A DNA stretch of 64,000 nt from Candidatus Cloacimonadota bacterium (GTDB lineage Bacteria; Cloacimonadota; Cloacimonadia; G963667145): assembly GCA_963676615.1 (NCBI GenBank), contig OY781092.1, forward strand, positions 1,408,001 to 1,472,000, read 5' to 3'. Below the pieces are notes generated by a model, which worked only from the letters and a program-made list of their open reading frames with translations, was not told where the DNA came from and did no database searches. Both the position numbers and the translations under genes were made by a program. Below are positions 15,001-22,077 of the stretch, piece by piece. Positions within the stretch are counted from its first letter, which is position 1; every line of letters starts with the position of its first letter.

Positions 15001-18000
15001 GGAGCAGGCAAAAGCAGATAGCCGCTATCCACATCTGTAAAGTCGGACTCGCCATAGCCCAAAGATTTTCTCTTGATTTTGTAATAGTAGTAAGCGCCTT
15101 TTTCTAGGGAAGCGTCGTCGTCGATATACTCGCCCACACGGCCTTTGACCGCAGCGGTAGCGTCGCTTGCAAACCCTGTGGAGCTAAGCGCCCTGTAGAT
15201 ATAAACGCTGTCCGAATCGTATAAATTGTCGGCGCTCCAGCTAACCAGTATCGTGTCTGTGTTTAAACCTTTGGAAACGCTAAAGTCAGACGGAGCGGAA
15301 AGCTTTTTCCAACCAGAATCGACATCGCTATAATCGGAGAAAGCATCTACATTCAACGCCGGGTTACTCATATGCGACCTGATTTTGTAGTAATAGAACG
15401 CCTCGTTGCCCGAAACCTTGTCGTAGTAAATAATCGTGTCGCCGCTTTGCTTGCAATCTTCTGTAATGTTTACCTCAAACCCTTCGTTCGGACCGTCTAT
15501 TGAGCCCACATTTTTTTGGAAGGCGTAGTTCTCGACCTCGCCACTCTTCAGCCAGCGCACGACGACAGTGTCCTCTTTTGTCCCTTTTGAGCAGTCCAAT
15601 CCCACAGGCACAGCCAACTTCAAATAACCAAAATCCATTTCGCTGGTCCGCTCTTGGGCGCCTTTTATTGCCTTAACCCAATAGTAGTAAATAACGCCTG
15701 TGTCCGCAGTTTTGTCCACATACAGCCCCGTATCGTTCAAAGTAGCTTCTGGCGAAGCTGGCATAGAAGTCGTTATGCTACGATAAACCTCGAAATCTTT
15801 GTTATCGTAATCACCCCAAATTATCGTAATCGAATCCAAAGATTCATTTTTGCTCACCTGAATTTCGGGAGCAGACAACGCCGCTTTGCCAATACAGTGC
15901 GAAGATGTGTCAGAAAAGCCCGTCAACTCGTTCCACGCTATGCTGTAATATTCATACTCTAACCCAGAGATGACATCGCCATCCAAGAACGACTCGTTCT
16001 CCAGCGCCTGGAAGCTATAAATCGTATCAAACTCAGTGCCATCGAAACTTTTCCTGCAAACATACATACTATCAGCGTTCGGCACAACAAATACAAAAAC
16101 CTTTATCCCTTTGGTTTTTTCTTGATCGTAAGTAGCGTCGGGCTTGCTCGGTCGATTCAATCGCGTATATCCACTATCAACCTCGCTATTGCTCGCACGC
16201 CCAAAAGTCGGATGGTAATAAGAGACATAATATCCGTGCTTGATGCCCTTATCGTCTGGAATAAAGTTGTTATCCGTAAACTTCGTCTCTCCAACCACTT
16301 CGCCCCATTCATATCCGTCACGATAAATTGTATAAACAATCTCCGAAAGTCTGGAGTTCACTGGAACTTCCCAAGTGATAATCACAGAATCCACATAAAG
16401 CCCTTGGCTAGTCTGCAAATCACACACAGGCAGCAACTTAACCCAGCCAGAATCGACATTAGAATAGTTCGAGCTCAAAACGCCAGCCACAGAGTGAACG
16501 CTGTAATAGTAAACGATACAGCTATCTTGAAGCCCCAAGGTATCGGAATAGACGAACTCCGTTTTGCCATCGACCGAAATAGTTTTCAAATCGGTCAAAC
16601 TTGCCTCGTCTCGACCTCTACGAATAACAAACTCGTTTGCTCCCGCTCCTGGAGAAGTCACTTTGTTGCCCACATTCCAACTGATGTTAATCGTGTCGTT
16701 TTTCAACCCTTTAGACACCTCTATCTCTGGAGCAACCAACTTTGCATAGCCGCTATCGGCATTACTAAACTTAGAATAAGCGTTATTTACTTGCACAAAA
16801 GATTGCACACGATAAGTGTAATACTTTCCTGGAATAACATTCGCATCTTGATAGGTCGTGTCTGTGTAATTGTTAGACGCAACAATCGTATCAAATTTTC
16901 TCACACCAGACTCAAGCCAACTTTTCAGCAATCGATAACCGTCGCCATAAGACACTTGGTTCCATTTGGACATCACATACCCAAGCGAGTCTCTGCTCAC
17001 ATCTAACAAAACAGGCACTTCTGCCGCAGTCCAGCCATAATCATACAAAGTAGGCGACTCAAAACCCGACCAATCTTTTGCCGTGTGAGCGATGGTGTAA
17101 TGGGCGTTGTAGTAATAATTTTTTCCCTTTTTCAAAGAGCTAGAGGTATCGTTTAAGATAAATTTACCGTCAACAACTTCCCACAATTGCGTATTTGGAA
17201 TTGTCCCGTCAGAAAAGACAAGTCTTACAGAATCTCGGTGATTTTGGCAATCGTCAAAATCTTCATAGCGATAGAGGGCAATCATTCTCGGAGTTTTATT
17301 CATCTCAACCGTTACCTGTATCGTATCTACTTTCCCTCTAGAAAAATCGACCATCGTCAAAGGCAACAGTGGCGAGAGCACGCTATCCCGAACAGCAACA
17401 GAGCGGTTATATTTACCAATCGAAACCACCGAAACATAACCCATATCCCCTTCTTCCAAATCTTGTTCCCACTCACTTTTGTCCAAAGCGAATTTTTGCT
17501 CAGAACTCGTATTTACCGAGTTATACTCAATCTCGACAGAGTCGGTATTTTCAGAAACCGTCCAGTTAATCAACACTTTCTCTATCTCTGGCTTAGCCGT
17601 CATTCCCAAGATTTTTACAGGATAAAGCTTGGCAGCGCCAATCACATCTTCGTCGCTCAGCGCCGTGCTCCTGCCTTCGCTATTCATCACATTCACATAA
17701 TAGTTGTAGCCCAAGCCAGCGTATATCTTGTCGATATTCTCCCTATAAAATGTATCTGTTATTCCTGTGGCAACCACAGAAAGCCCTTTGTCGGAGCCAA
17801 CCTCCTGCTTATAAAGGTCGTAGCTGACAGCGTCTATATATTTTTCCCAAACAACCTCGATCGTATCGACCAACTCCTTGGTAGCGCTCACCATCGTTGG
17901 CGGATCCAGCGCAAGCCAGCCTTCGGGACCAGCTGTAAAAAAGCTCTTGTTCATCGTCGCGGCAACTCGCTTGCCTTCCACCCATTTAATCGGACGAACT

Positions 18001-21000
18001 CGATAAAAATACTTCTCCTTATCTCCCACATAATCCGCATAGCTAAGCGAATCTACCGTTATTACAGAATCGTATAAACTAAAATTAGCTTTATCGGGAT
18101 TGCCGACAAGCTTCAGGCGGTAAACCACATAGCTATCCACAAAAGGCGTTTGCACCCAGTCAACCATAATGTATTGATAGCTCTCGTCTTTGCTCGCCTC
18201 AACATCGTCCATCTCCGCAAAACGCACATAGCCAGTCGCCCGCACAGAATCGACAGAATTTTCCAGAACAGAATAGTCGGTCACTCCAACATCTGGGCAA
18301 TAAGCTCGCACAGTATAAAGGTAAGCTTTTCCCGCATAAGCTTCTTTATCTGTGAAAATCACATTCCCAGAAGCATCTTCCTTCAAATCGTAAGAAGAGA
18401 ACTCCGTTCCGATTGGAACCGTTCGCACATACCCCTCTGGCGCATCTTCCGAATACCTTCTAATGTCATAACTGTTAGCGTTATTTTTGTTTTTCCACTT
18501 CACTTCGATTTTAGCATCAAACGCAAACTTGCTTGCCAACACAGAATCTGGCGGAGCTGGCGTCCTAAAGCCAATCAAAGTATCGCTAGCGCTAGAGTCC
18601 AACTGCCCGTTATCTTTGATATGTCCAGAAGTCGCCACCGCAAACATCTCATACCGTTCTCTATCGGGAGCAGCCCATGCGCCTTTGAGCATTCCATTTT
18701 CTTCGGTCTGATTGCTCAAAAACAGCTCAGAAAAAGCTTCCGCAGAACCCTCTTTCCGCTGATAAAAACTATACTTTGCTCCCTCTCCCAAAGTCTCCAG
18801 TTCCACGAAAATCGAGTCAGGATCAGCCGTCTCGTCATAACCGGACACAAAGAAATAACCAATCGTATCCAACCGAACGAACCCAGAATCAACATTGCTA
18901 TAGCCAGAGACAATCTGCTTAACATCCTCTGGATCTTCTTTGGTAATGCTCAAAATCTTCTCTCGCACGCTTTTGCTATAAGCTCTCACCTGATAAGAAT
19001 ACATCAGCCCTTTAACGACAGCAGCATCAGAATAACTTGTGTCACTCACCTCTGTTAGCCTGTTCCAGCCAGAAGTCTCGTCGTTTCGCAATTTGCGATA
19101 AATCTGATACCCGTCCAAACTAGCGGCAGGGCTCTTAACCCAGCTAACGGCAACATTCAGCGCACCGCCCTTTGTCGCAACAAGCCCGCTAGGATTCCCC
19201 AGCTTCATATAGCCAGGCACTTCGTTCCCCAAGACCGAAGCTCCATCTTCGCTACCAATGTTAATATTAAGAGGGCTATAAGCTTTCATCGCCAAAAGCA
19301 AGAAAGAACCCTCCTCTATCTCGGGGTCATCCGTCGCCGCAACATTATAAAAGTCATCTATTGGAATAGCGTCCACTTCCGAAGCTGGAATTTTGTTGGA
19401 AGTTCCGCCGTTCTTAAAATTCAACGGCTTAAACTGCTCCAGCGTATCTTTACGATAATACAGCCAATACTCTTGCGCATCAGGATTTCGCTCAAACCTG
19501 ATTCCGACAATATTCGTGTATTTGCCATAGGTAGCCTCCAGCATCTTTACTGGCGCAATCGAGATATAACCCGTATCTCTCTGGCTATGCAACCCTTTTC
19601 CGCCTTCCTCTTCATAATCTTCACGATTCGCCTGCAAAGAGTAAACATAATACTGCTGATTTTTCATCTCGTCTTCATCGTAGAAGTTCATTATCTCGTC
19701 TTTCGTGCACGCCACGCTCGCCAACAACTTCTGCGCCTGAACAACCGATTTAAGAGAGTCCAGCACCGTTCTATAAATATTGTAACTTTGCACATCCCGA
19801 CTAAACTCGCCAAGCCAACTCACCTTTATCTTGTTGGAATAATCGCCCTGACTAGCCGAAACATCAAGGGGAGCAAGCATTTTCGAGAACCCGATAATCG
19901 TATCGCTTCGCTCAGACTCTCCTAGTTCTGGCAAATAAGAGGTAACAAAATATCTGTAAACCGTGCCCGGCACCATCGACTCATCAATCCCCACAGTATC
20001 CACAATGTCTGCTGTAACAAGCTCTTCCGCCGAAGTTATCGGCGAGCCTTTTTCGTATCGATAAATTTTAAAATGCAAGAAAGGATTCTCGGAAACGATA
20101 CTCCAATTTAGCCTAACAAACCCAAGAGAGTCTCTCGTGCAGACCAAATCCGAAGGTTTATCTATTTTTGTAAAAGTATCTAAAAGCGCAAAATCAGAAG
20201 CTCCCGCAAAATCGCTAACAGCCCTTATCTTATACTTATACTCTGTGCTCGGCGTCAAAAATGAGTCCGTATATTTATAAGTGAAAGACCCGTCGTGCAA
20301 AATCGTCGCAATTGGACTCAATCTAGGCTCTCTATACAAAAGATATTCAGCCGCACCGTGCGATGGCTCCCACTCCAACATAATCTCTTGAGAAGTTACA
20401 TTTATCGCCTTAAAATTATTTGGAACAGCAACTCTCGACCAACCAGAATCCATATTAGAGAAGTCCGACTCTTTGCCCTCTCTTGTCGCAGTCGCCAAAT
20501 AGTAATACTTCGTTCCGTCCTCAAAAAAGCGTTGCACTGCCTTCGCATCTACAGAAAATTCTCCGTTTGCCGAGTACACATTTTTTTGCACAACATGAAC
20601 TTCCTCTTCATCTGGGAACTCCTTGTAATAAAGGTTACAAGTGGTCATATCTTCCGCTTTCCAGGTAACAATCAGCGAGTCTTGACTCTTTTCCGCTTTC
20701 AGCCCTTTTGGAGGTGCTATCGGCAAAGACCCAATAGCTTTCTCAGACACATCCGAGAAAATCTCGTGCTGGCTATCAACAACCTTTCCGCCTCGCACCT
20801 TAAACGCATACGAATAGCCCAGCTTCAACAAATCGTCTGGCATATAATAGAAATCCCTTGATCCAGAGCGGCTCAACTCTCCGTTGTCAATCCTCAAGGT
20901 GTCTAAATCCTCCTCGAAAAGGTTATCCGCATAAAGAATCTCCACAAACCCTGTATTACCAATGCGATCCCACTCCAGAAGCAATCGTCCATTTTTGTAT

Positions 21001-22070
21001 TCGGTGGTCAAATTTGTCGGCTTGCTTATCCCACAAAATCCTGCATTCGCCAAAAATCCACCAACCATTTCGGTGTGCTCTTTTGCCAAGCAAGTGTCAC
21101 CCTCTACTATCGAACGCACATCGTAAAGATACATCGCTCCTCGATGCTCACCCTCTGGCACATGATAAATCTTGCGTTCATTATATGCGCGAGAACCTTT
21201 ATAAACCGTCTCCAGCTCTTCATAATTTTCGCCAGGCAAATTTTCCTTATACAAAATCATATAGCCTTCAACGCCATTGACGAACGACCAGCTAACCTCT
21301 ATCGAATCAGCTATCGTCCCTTTAGACGCCTCAACTGTTACTGGAGAAGGAGTTAGAGTATAGCCAGTAACCGCTTCCAAAGAAAAATCAGACTTAATAA
21401 AATCGTTCTTTTTCGAAACCACTTGCACCAAAAATTGATACAAAACGCCTTCTTGCAAACCAGTCACAAAAACTTCGGTCTGGTTCAGATTTTCAAAATC
21501 TTGGAAAGGACTTTCAGCAGTAGGTTTTTGCCCCGCATGATAGTAAACTCGATAGAAAAAAGCTGTAGAATCGTAGGTTTTCAACATCGAAGACTTATCC
21601 CAATTCAGCTTAACTTTTCCCTCGAAAACGCCCTGCGACGCCTCAAGAGAGTTACCGACAATCGTCGCTACAGACAAATATCCTGGCGCCGTTTTACTAA
21701 ACAAAGAGATCTTATCTCCATCCCGTTTTCGCACCTTGTAATAATAAACCTGCCCATATTCAAGGTTGTCGCCACTTCGACTATCAATATAACTTTGAGC
21801 CCCAATGCCAGTTCCTATCTGCTTATACTCGCCATCCGCCGCCGCAGTGCTACGATACAAATTGTAAGTGGTCGTCCCCGTAACCTTCTCGTCTCCGCTG
21901 TTCCAGGAAACGATGATCGCATCATCAAACTCTCCCATAGTCGCCTCAACAGTTGAGGGAGGCTCCAAGCTGTTTTCGCCTCTGACAACATCGGTACACC
22001 CAGCCACAGCTAACGCATACAGCAAAACAAATGCCAAAACAAAAAAACCGAATCTTTTTAACGCTTTGAT
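1..22070 (-). CDS. Giant surface lipoprotein with ~70 tandem fibronectin type III-like domains; 3' end runs off the window (>=7,356 codons)
   Basis: Manual translation from 22070: (M)KALKRFGFFVLAFVLLYALAVAG-CTDVVRGENSLEPPSTVEATMGEFDDAIIVSWNSG...YNLYRS...YIDS...GQVYYYKVRK. The same frame is still open at the window edge (...GYLNLPIVENVEATRGEKDTLRVSWSKV...). No minus-strand ORF in the track is in this frame, implying no internal stop. The P-x4-A(T/S)KG-x3-D-x-I-x3-W...Y-x-(V/I)YR...D...G-x2-YYY-x-V motif recurs about every 300-330 nt. Confidence 0.92.
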   Translation of the reverse strand, partial: MKALKRFGFFVLAFVLLYALAVAGCTDVVRGENSLEPPSTVEATMGEFDDAIIVSWNSGDEKVTGTTTYNLYRSTAAADGEYKQIGTGIGAQSYIDSRSGDNLEYGQVYYYKVRKRDGDKISLFSKTAPGYLSVATIVGNSLEASQGVFEGKVKLNWDKSSMLKTYDSTAFFYRVYYHAGQKPTAESPFQDFENLNQTEVFVTGLQEGVLYQFLVQVVSKKNDFIKSDFSLEAVTGYTLTPSPVTVEASKGTIADSIEVSWSFVNGVEGYMILYKENLPGENYEELETVYKGSRAYNERKIYHVPEGEHRGAMYLYDVRSIVEGDTCLAKEHTEMVGGFLANAGFCGISKPTNLTTEYKNGRLLLEWDRIGNTGFVEILYADNLFEEDLDTLRIDNGELSRSGSRDFYYMPDDLLKLGYSYAFKVRGGKVVDSQHEIFSDVSEKAIGSLPIAPPKGLKAEKSQDSLIVTWKAEDMTTCNLYYKEFPDEEEVHVVQKNVYSANGEFSVDAKAVQRFFEDGTKYYYLATATREGKESDFSNMDSGWSRVAVPNNFKAINVTSQEIMLEWEPSHGAAEYLLYREPRLSPIATILHDGSFTYKYTDSFLTPSTEYKYKIRAVSDFAGASDFALLDTFTKIDKPSDLVCTRDSLGFVRLNWSIVSENPFLHFKIYRYEKGSPITSAEELVTADIVDTVGIDESMVPGTVYRYFVTSYLPELGESERSDTIIGFSKMLAPLDVSASQGDYSNKIKVSWLGEFSRDVQSYNIYRTVLDSLKSVVQAQKLLASVACTKDEIMNFYDEDEMKNQQYYVYSLQANREDYEEEGGKGLHSQRDTGYISIAPVKMLEATYGKYTNIVGIRFERNPDAQEYWLYYRKDTLEQFKPLNFKNGGTSNKIPASEVDAIPIDDFYNVAATDDPEIEEGSFLLLAMKAYSPLNINIGSEDGASVLGNEVPGYMKLGNPSGLVATKGGALNVAVSWVKSPAASLDGYQIYRKLRNDETSGWNRLTEVSDTSYSDAAVVKGLMYSYQVRAYSKSVREKILSITKEDPEDVKQIVSGYSNVDSGFVRLDTIGYFFVSGYDETADPDSIFVELETLGEGAKYSFYQRKEGSAEAFSELFLSNQTEENGMLKGAWAAPDRERYEMFAVATSGHIKDNGQLDSSASDTLIGFRTPAPPDSVLASKFAFDAKIEVKWKNKNNANSYDIRRYSEDAPEGYVRTVPIGTEFSSYDLKEDASGNVIFTDKEAYAGKAYLYTVRAYCPDVGVTDYSVLENSVDSVRATGYVRFAEMDDVEASKDESYQYIMVDWVQTPFVDSYVVYRLKLVGNPDKANFSLYDSVITVDSLSYADYVGDKEKYFYRVRPIKWVEGKRVAATMNKSFFTAGPEGWLALDPPTMVSATKELVDTIEVVWEKYIDAVSYDLYKQEVGSDKGLSVVATGITDTFYRENIDKIYAGLGYNYYVNVMNSEGRSTALSDEDVIGAAKLYPVKILGMTAKPEIEKVLINWTVSENTDSVEIEYNSVNTSSEQKFALDKSEWEQDLEEGDMGYVSVVSIGKYNRSVAVRDSVLSPLLPLTMVDFSRGKVDTIQVTVEMNKTPRMIALYRYEDFDDCQNHRDSVRLVFSDGTIPNTQLWEVVDGKFILNDTSSSLKKGKNYYYNAHYTIAHTAKDWSGFESPTLYDYGWTAAEVPVLLDVSRDSLGYVMSKWNQVSYGDGYRLLKSWLESGVRKFDTIVASNNYTDTTYQDANVIPGKYYTYRVQSFVQVNNAYSKFSNADSGYAKLVAPEIEVSKGLKNDTINISWNVGNKVTSPGAGANEFVIRRGRDEASLTDLKTISVDGKTEFVYSDTLGLQDSCIVYYYSVHSVAGVLSSNYSNVDSGWVKLLPVCDLQTSQGLYVDSVIITWEVPVNSRLSEIVYTIYRDGYEWGEVVGETKFTDNNFIPDDKGIKHGYYVSYYHPTFGRASNSEVDSGYTRLNRPSKPDATYDQEKTKGIKVFVFVVPNADSMYVCRKSFDGTEFDTIYSFQALENESFLDGDVISGLEYEYYSIAWNELTGFSDTSSHCIGKAALSAPEIQVSKNESLDSITIIWGDYDNKDFEVYRSITTSMPASPEATLNDTGLYVDKTADTGVIYYYWVKAIKGAQERTSEMDFGYLKLAVPVGLDCSKGTKEDTVVVRWLKSGEVENYAFQKNVGSIDGPNEGFEVNITEDCKQSGDTIIYYDKVSGNEAFYYYKIRSHMSNPALNVDAFSDYSDVDSGWKKLSAPSDFSVSKGLNTDTILVSWSADNLYDSDSVYIYRALSSTGFASDATAAVKGRVGEYIDDDASLEKGAYYYYKIKRKSLGYGESDFTDVDSGYLLLPAPEDLRASDGDYLDSIKVSWDTVKNAAGYKIYRRFDGGIQQEFEFDLDHQDSVFNDKFTGFHGVKVFYQVKAYNAVSAENSRSLQDSGFTQLPAPKSFEATYGTTDDAVRLMWGKVEGADEYVLYRSEDNSSFEIIDTVSEDFAYDSVVNGINYGQDYYYKAYARNELTESLPEEKWNFSQVDTGLVSMPIPKNLTASKATNTDTIFVKWSKQVKVAGYALYYDTLRDLGGYKRVLATTGGNDTSADVEIGNFPQLKPDTRYYFRVRSLGANDSSELSDYDQGYLALPAPAKPEVSRDSLDFVKVKWENIAKGYSLYRIDPLGDTTLLGFEQIALNADSLYVKDFSVSPGAFYKYFLVALGDVSTSGNGAVSDSGWRQYEAPLVRIEDAADSLINKKLIVKWETLPASVTKMILEYSENSDFNASSEKAIVSFNLTRTELDVDPCKVYYVRAKIFMETLISSPFSLADSGYCRLDTITGLSATKAEYKDKIIVRWDSLTSNDVGWKKYKIWRNDLSEEGGTVTSLDSFVDEYVEPGKPYVYKVKALTQNFGESYYSAPDTGYTALPDPVLASVAQVAGEDSMQLIWSYLAASSSAVDSFYVYRLDSLGAPFAPEKFGVQTATLAKENLGEEIKYSWKQGDLELGKTYFYYVQASSTMGEESGYSDTLSGSLELRAPIIASVTKGDYKDSIKIVWERAEDGLAYLLYRAQSFDGFSVSQDSLAQLGTLDTVYTDTIKSAVAPVRGVPYFYAVRTKNTDKAGVTHYSGFSRAKFGFASLDTVSGFTVAKGESEQTLIASWSAVDAGDYAPLYTVRQLNDPVQKTIEAQIVTSDTLVDLRSGGAFGDNLAQGKVYYFDVSTSIDLGALKDTIFSDTSRVDSGYTKVSPPQLTASYGTIVDSIEIKWNKISAIEIDSVRIKYSKDQATWDSVAVEYATPEDTVYRLSVQIDDISLPIYIKARFEESKGNSDYSKVVVGASRLKAPKNLTVSKGVSADSLRLKWENYRSNTSVADDNTSLYTIYMRDSASGIFDQASAIQSINRGDVGTYDYSFKLDNVGALSGIFYYFKIGGRNDVSVSDSLTNLDSGFVLPPKIYISECSDDINGKIEVSWALPSEITDNIALYEKYDMQVEVQRRKDGESFVTVDSFQGLDTLSFVDSATSLTPKVPYYYRARLHSRRLAAAVADDKELSSSAWSDSVAGQCLIALSAVRLASQDNFFVDSIQLEILHAKNVDSILIKRENEDGVEIIVKRFEETDFNGTDEGQFFPWTDTVSLQDGKLYKYYAQTKKDSEASEWVGPTEGYTRLDSCLGLDASKGVYADKIRLRWDEKSDADGYSIFVREKDGKDSMIVASVANEADSIVKFVGSFDYPFVYGPEYRLGVSAFSVKFKNTRVGSDTVWTQGYLKPKDIDSVWISQDLTDSIVVRLRYVGGHEFDVWRKIDGGSYAKLNALDWKAEAVGAVDSYYTFADSLGGADQRVNGAYYYYKIVAKKAGYFGVSDTLNTEFLAMPGYSRIDTTQLAASGYPNEDSIFVEIEKVKLQKENLAIVRYGLLCYSDENCTTLVDSIVLADTSATIFAQLEPKTVKKGAPYWFKVRSLAYATASDAVPYSVSERSAAQKSGIELPKAAMSKILVRDTANLVYWASYPLDVASLDSVRVYRKFVSGSFEQIASVSGEQLVSGFYVDKGISYGEFVEYYVKAVIENGGGVDKQVSAESDTLDAYCYLPMPENFAATKGAYADTIKLSWEWNYASSVDSFLLSRYLGSTLDTSYVFASIVTEYFDTARVKEGVAYAYYLKSKKNNAGKESVVSQDSASASGYAKFSPPDTLIASISEYSITLRWGYKNGTDDMASDVQYLVVRDTTQASVWSGNILDSVVNGEDTFFVDASVPHGMVRWYKVAAFNDISKEQVLSKPVRGFSIFDPLTITRSDKGLDDTIIVKWEKEQAFKSYFVEWSTKDSIDEETQKFRFPVDSLGSFENSDYTTDSAVIKITEDSLKGRKIYIRVWAQNDFGKSEPTQSEGWVKLEKPDLIDVTDGQLQDSLALKIKRSAVADEDNSLRYQISFKKNKEDLFVKGYYELDLATATPSGDSIILDTITLQNSDAGFVYYVGVRAVNDLPNTMSGAIIDSGYSRLPAVNLATGEPLEGYINISWLKKNIGGDTLNYFVCKSKVNVGTVDTIDTVYGVDVLEMVSYNDSAVTVSENYEYFVYSYAPTRFGEKFSDSSNHVVNFAKIGLVDSLRQVEDYKRDTILMIWKQIPAVDSYVVYRSEDNDVDNKVAVDTLVFTEAPFTDKSADLKNNPGKIFYYWIAGLKGSDRGPVREIGAAAFTKLEMVDEIFAGKGESTQGISLKWSKSDLATSYNVFFDTLGGSGYDFLAAIGVEDDDTSHIFYRSEYSSEFSDGVQYLFRVQPVNEYCIAEISDTSVAVDTGYLKLLPVDSFYFYYDSVRFDTIKLNWAEETTPNLYYYLYRSVDKNGEKTLLDSMQADTNYYIDKGKGLAGDKLVGGKKYWYYLTTAVQGLKGGSSDTVEVQTYNLEYNIGIYDGAWSKLPEPAFITASGVFDYATKDNKPDSSYADSVVIRWSRVENAQSYALVGDTAREFVYSDARYQMSLTSDSVYNLSLPELEIADLGKLLYFKVAALNDLDGYDVSKATFSDVCKGFALLLAADSLRLDSVKFDKFVFRCKAVENADEYILYKKDGANFDPIDTSANPRLEDTTVIPGDDGYYKVRVYNDSTGFSSWTDSIFATSNPYPPAGVTATKGVSVDTIAVSWDMDKNRIPDIDSFFVYAKNIKPLSPMVTVDTVEADYNFATDTVFDDGAARKVGQKYLYYVRSYRNGKYSEISEPDTGWKALPDVDGLTADTLDAQALFVTVRWNGVENLCESGRYLLARVSSFDTVYYEDLSDTLYKDYDIQGGMAYKYSVKVYNPEYLDMSQPVEVWSQETAQKFVSQNWSDTAFGGKRFVLPVLDIEKNMYQILQDTIQISWQEYGIATAFNLAYDTTIDFSSDYCDTLKIVNNQAGDSSSYNFTQSGGLDEGQTYYFKLQVVDSGGTEAIWDSVASLWSAVDSGWSKLNPPALVVASDSITDKIRVDWAESQIANVTYEVRMVSEFYSDVVEKDLIDTTWTFDSPFSQGQKGFIVRNVHPTYGRSAWSDTVYGVGKQAPPEFYLRPSKGEFYDSVYLRIEEPLNLSGKMNYRIYVSTDKDEESFAKKTELTNYYDSILGVSAYALKGNVLSDSSWYGKKLYFRVASQVQGFDKFSDKGVIDSGWTKLLPTAEIDTVDVGTLDTSVIGIKWAKVANADSFKIERKRFNETEYAALKTVTDTFWLDTIEQNQRTHAFLYRVQSLSGLSQDAGTDGIVNSDSKFKELDDTLYLNVYQVQNLTATKGEFIDTVRLSWNGVLDEPYTVVRYQKAEGGVYDYAGNVAYFEDQKASDGFVDEVTAENGLQPGKWYFYNVYLQGDMAVYRNSIDSGYAKIPALSRADLWINNDTADIVANLQENVVNNFDSVIKIGIVTGKDFVDSVRFDTIGNGVAGYVRSVSVRDAAVMDTFKFSPELYGEFDTFRLKIVNEVVSDTFLDVVSFTPLQPSQKVEVVKNGVSSDSIILLVKRNAKNSENIDSVVIRRYAWSDPADEERLVYPFDAASDTLVDKDVVQGKFYVYQAAYFSDVTGISRYGASIDTGFAKLEVPEFDSVSKGTSIDNITLRWNKIDDAQGYRLYRRSDENGQYEVLVNEFYLEDSDDTTYVDNQKYPSCKYIAYKVQAVGVDTNSTLSAADSGYRAFDKVEDLRFAGKRRDTIKLTFSVFESIKFEDFGKDGVKLYRWDDVESSDDTTGYAVPTTAYIVDSVTEGEFRTYTISDTSADLELGKLYFYKVQVNTDVDSKLSNMAHGYLDLPKTGRATASFGVLVDSVSVVWDSVQGVNDYELIRESVNGGRRDSVEVSDTTALDFYGGDLFASGFEPGKFYAYSLRALCEIDQDTVFGDATSRLQLRLVSQESEADTGWSEMPPLDDGQVYGYNDTLWIEKTSPFEIDARVKERVNITVSPANGYVREVYVYRKDRTDDASVFVPIDTVYGSGEVIDSLLTRGREYSYRFKVKNDTLSEKTYDIVSYTYLKPIDTLKVTHWDTSGVTLSFKTMPNNATVDSYRIRRMKKSDMTQSQWFMIKAAATYKDTLGKQGVNYYYSVASYDDTTGYSPYSGDTLAYRDLSVPKILSVSKGDYRDKIELVWSQVQDASKGYIVFRDSTNTGGEDPDNYDILFRSGYGAQSSDTTYTDYSKYPSYTNIYYKIVAMGEDFNSEPSEIDSGFLKYSGIEDLQFVSMSAMKVDTIELTYSLPSKLVSYGVDSVVFYRFDSVKNADTANMTQDSRLKAVTNDFAQSNKFLDTVDIKRGNLYFYLAEVYPKDKSGIASNLAFGCTKLEPLGEIVATKATLDRAIRLKWSKVVGTKDDEVTYYELSRALTNGSSEATILLPGDDTNFVDTASFDIAAGFTRRFESPIDLGREYVYKVRPVLMLDEDTAVGQPLEMRFTAAYTEVDTGFTKPEAPILNDVSKGLAGDSITVRYTTPTYADSFVLFRDSLDVAGEDWQKATNLPAGEVEQAWYDADVFPGIRYQYKIKVYKGIAVDSSGTDSGYVRLSAPDSLVVVDNNAYGDSVKLRIYTSQLTADIVDTIYIRRGDAFLGQFSDYDTVVAAGYTDGYFPYTDDGIGLQGMNYIYTAAFQNASSTSSYSSKFATGCRKLDSAALVSVSKGEFFDKIELKWTKSEDAQQYQILRDSVLGSDGQDLAYYDTLGLSAIGNEDTIWDDRTRYGAFRKVYYMVRALGVDADAPLSDVDSGYYKYSGVEDLQFVSLSKPKVDTIELSWHYTAEIWPELDTTLIFRFDSLKNIDSVREGNAYDVTGEMQGVPLRENNVSYDKSPSLEIGNLYFYRVMAKIKGGDLTTPSNLVYGYLNLPIVENVEATRGEKDTLRVSWSKVKSVAGDTVDNYLVSRYIGGAVDGEVYVSGGDT

Positions 22071-22077
22071 AACAAAA

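Noticed and set aside
432..21956. Many long + strand ORFs (e.g. 432-1766, 3732-5312, 5883-7415)
   Set aside because: The long ones share the codon register of the giant minus-strand gene, are R/I/V-rich and have no recognisable motifs; they are antisense shadows.
22041..22047. 7-nt homopolymer in the giant gene's signal peptide as a phase-variation switch
   Set aside because: A/T runs of this length are common throughout the window and the frame is intact.
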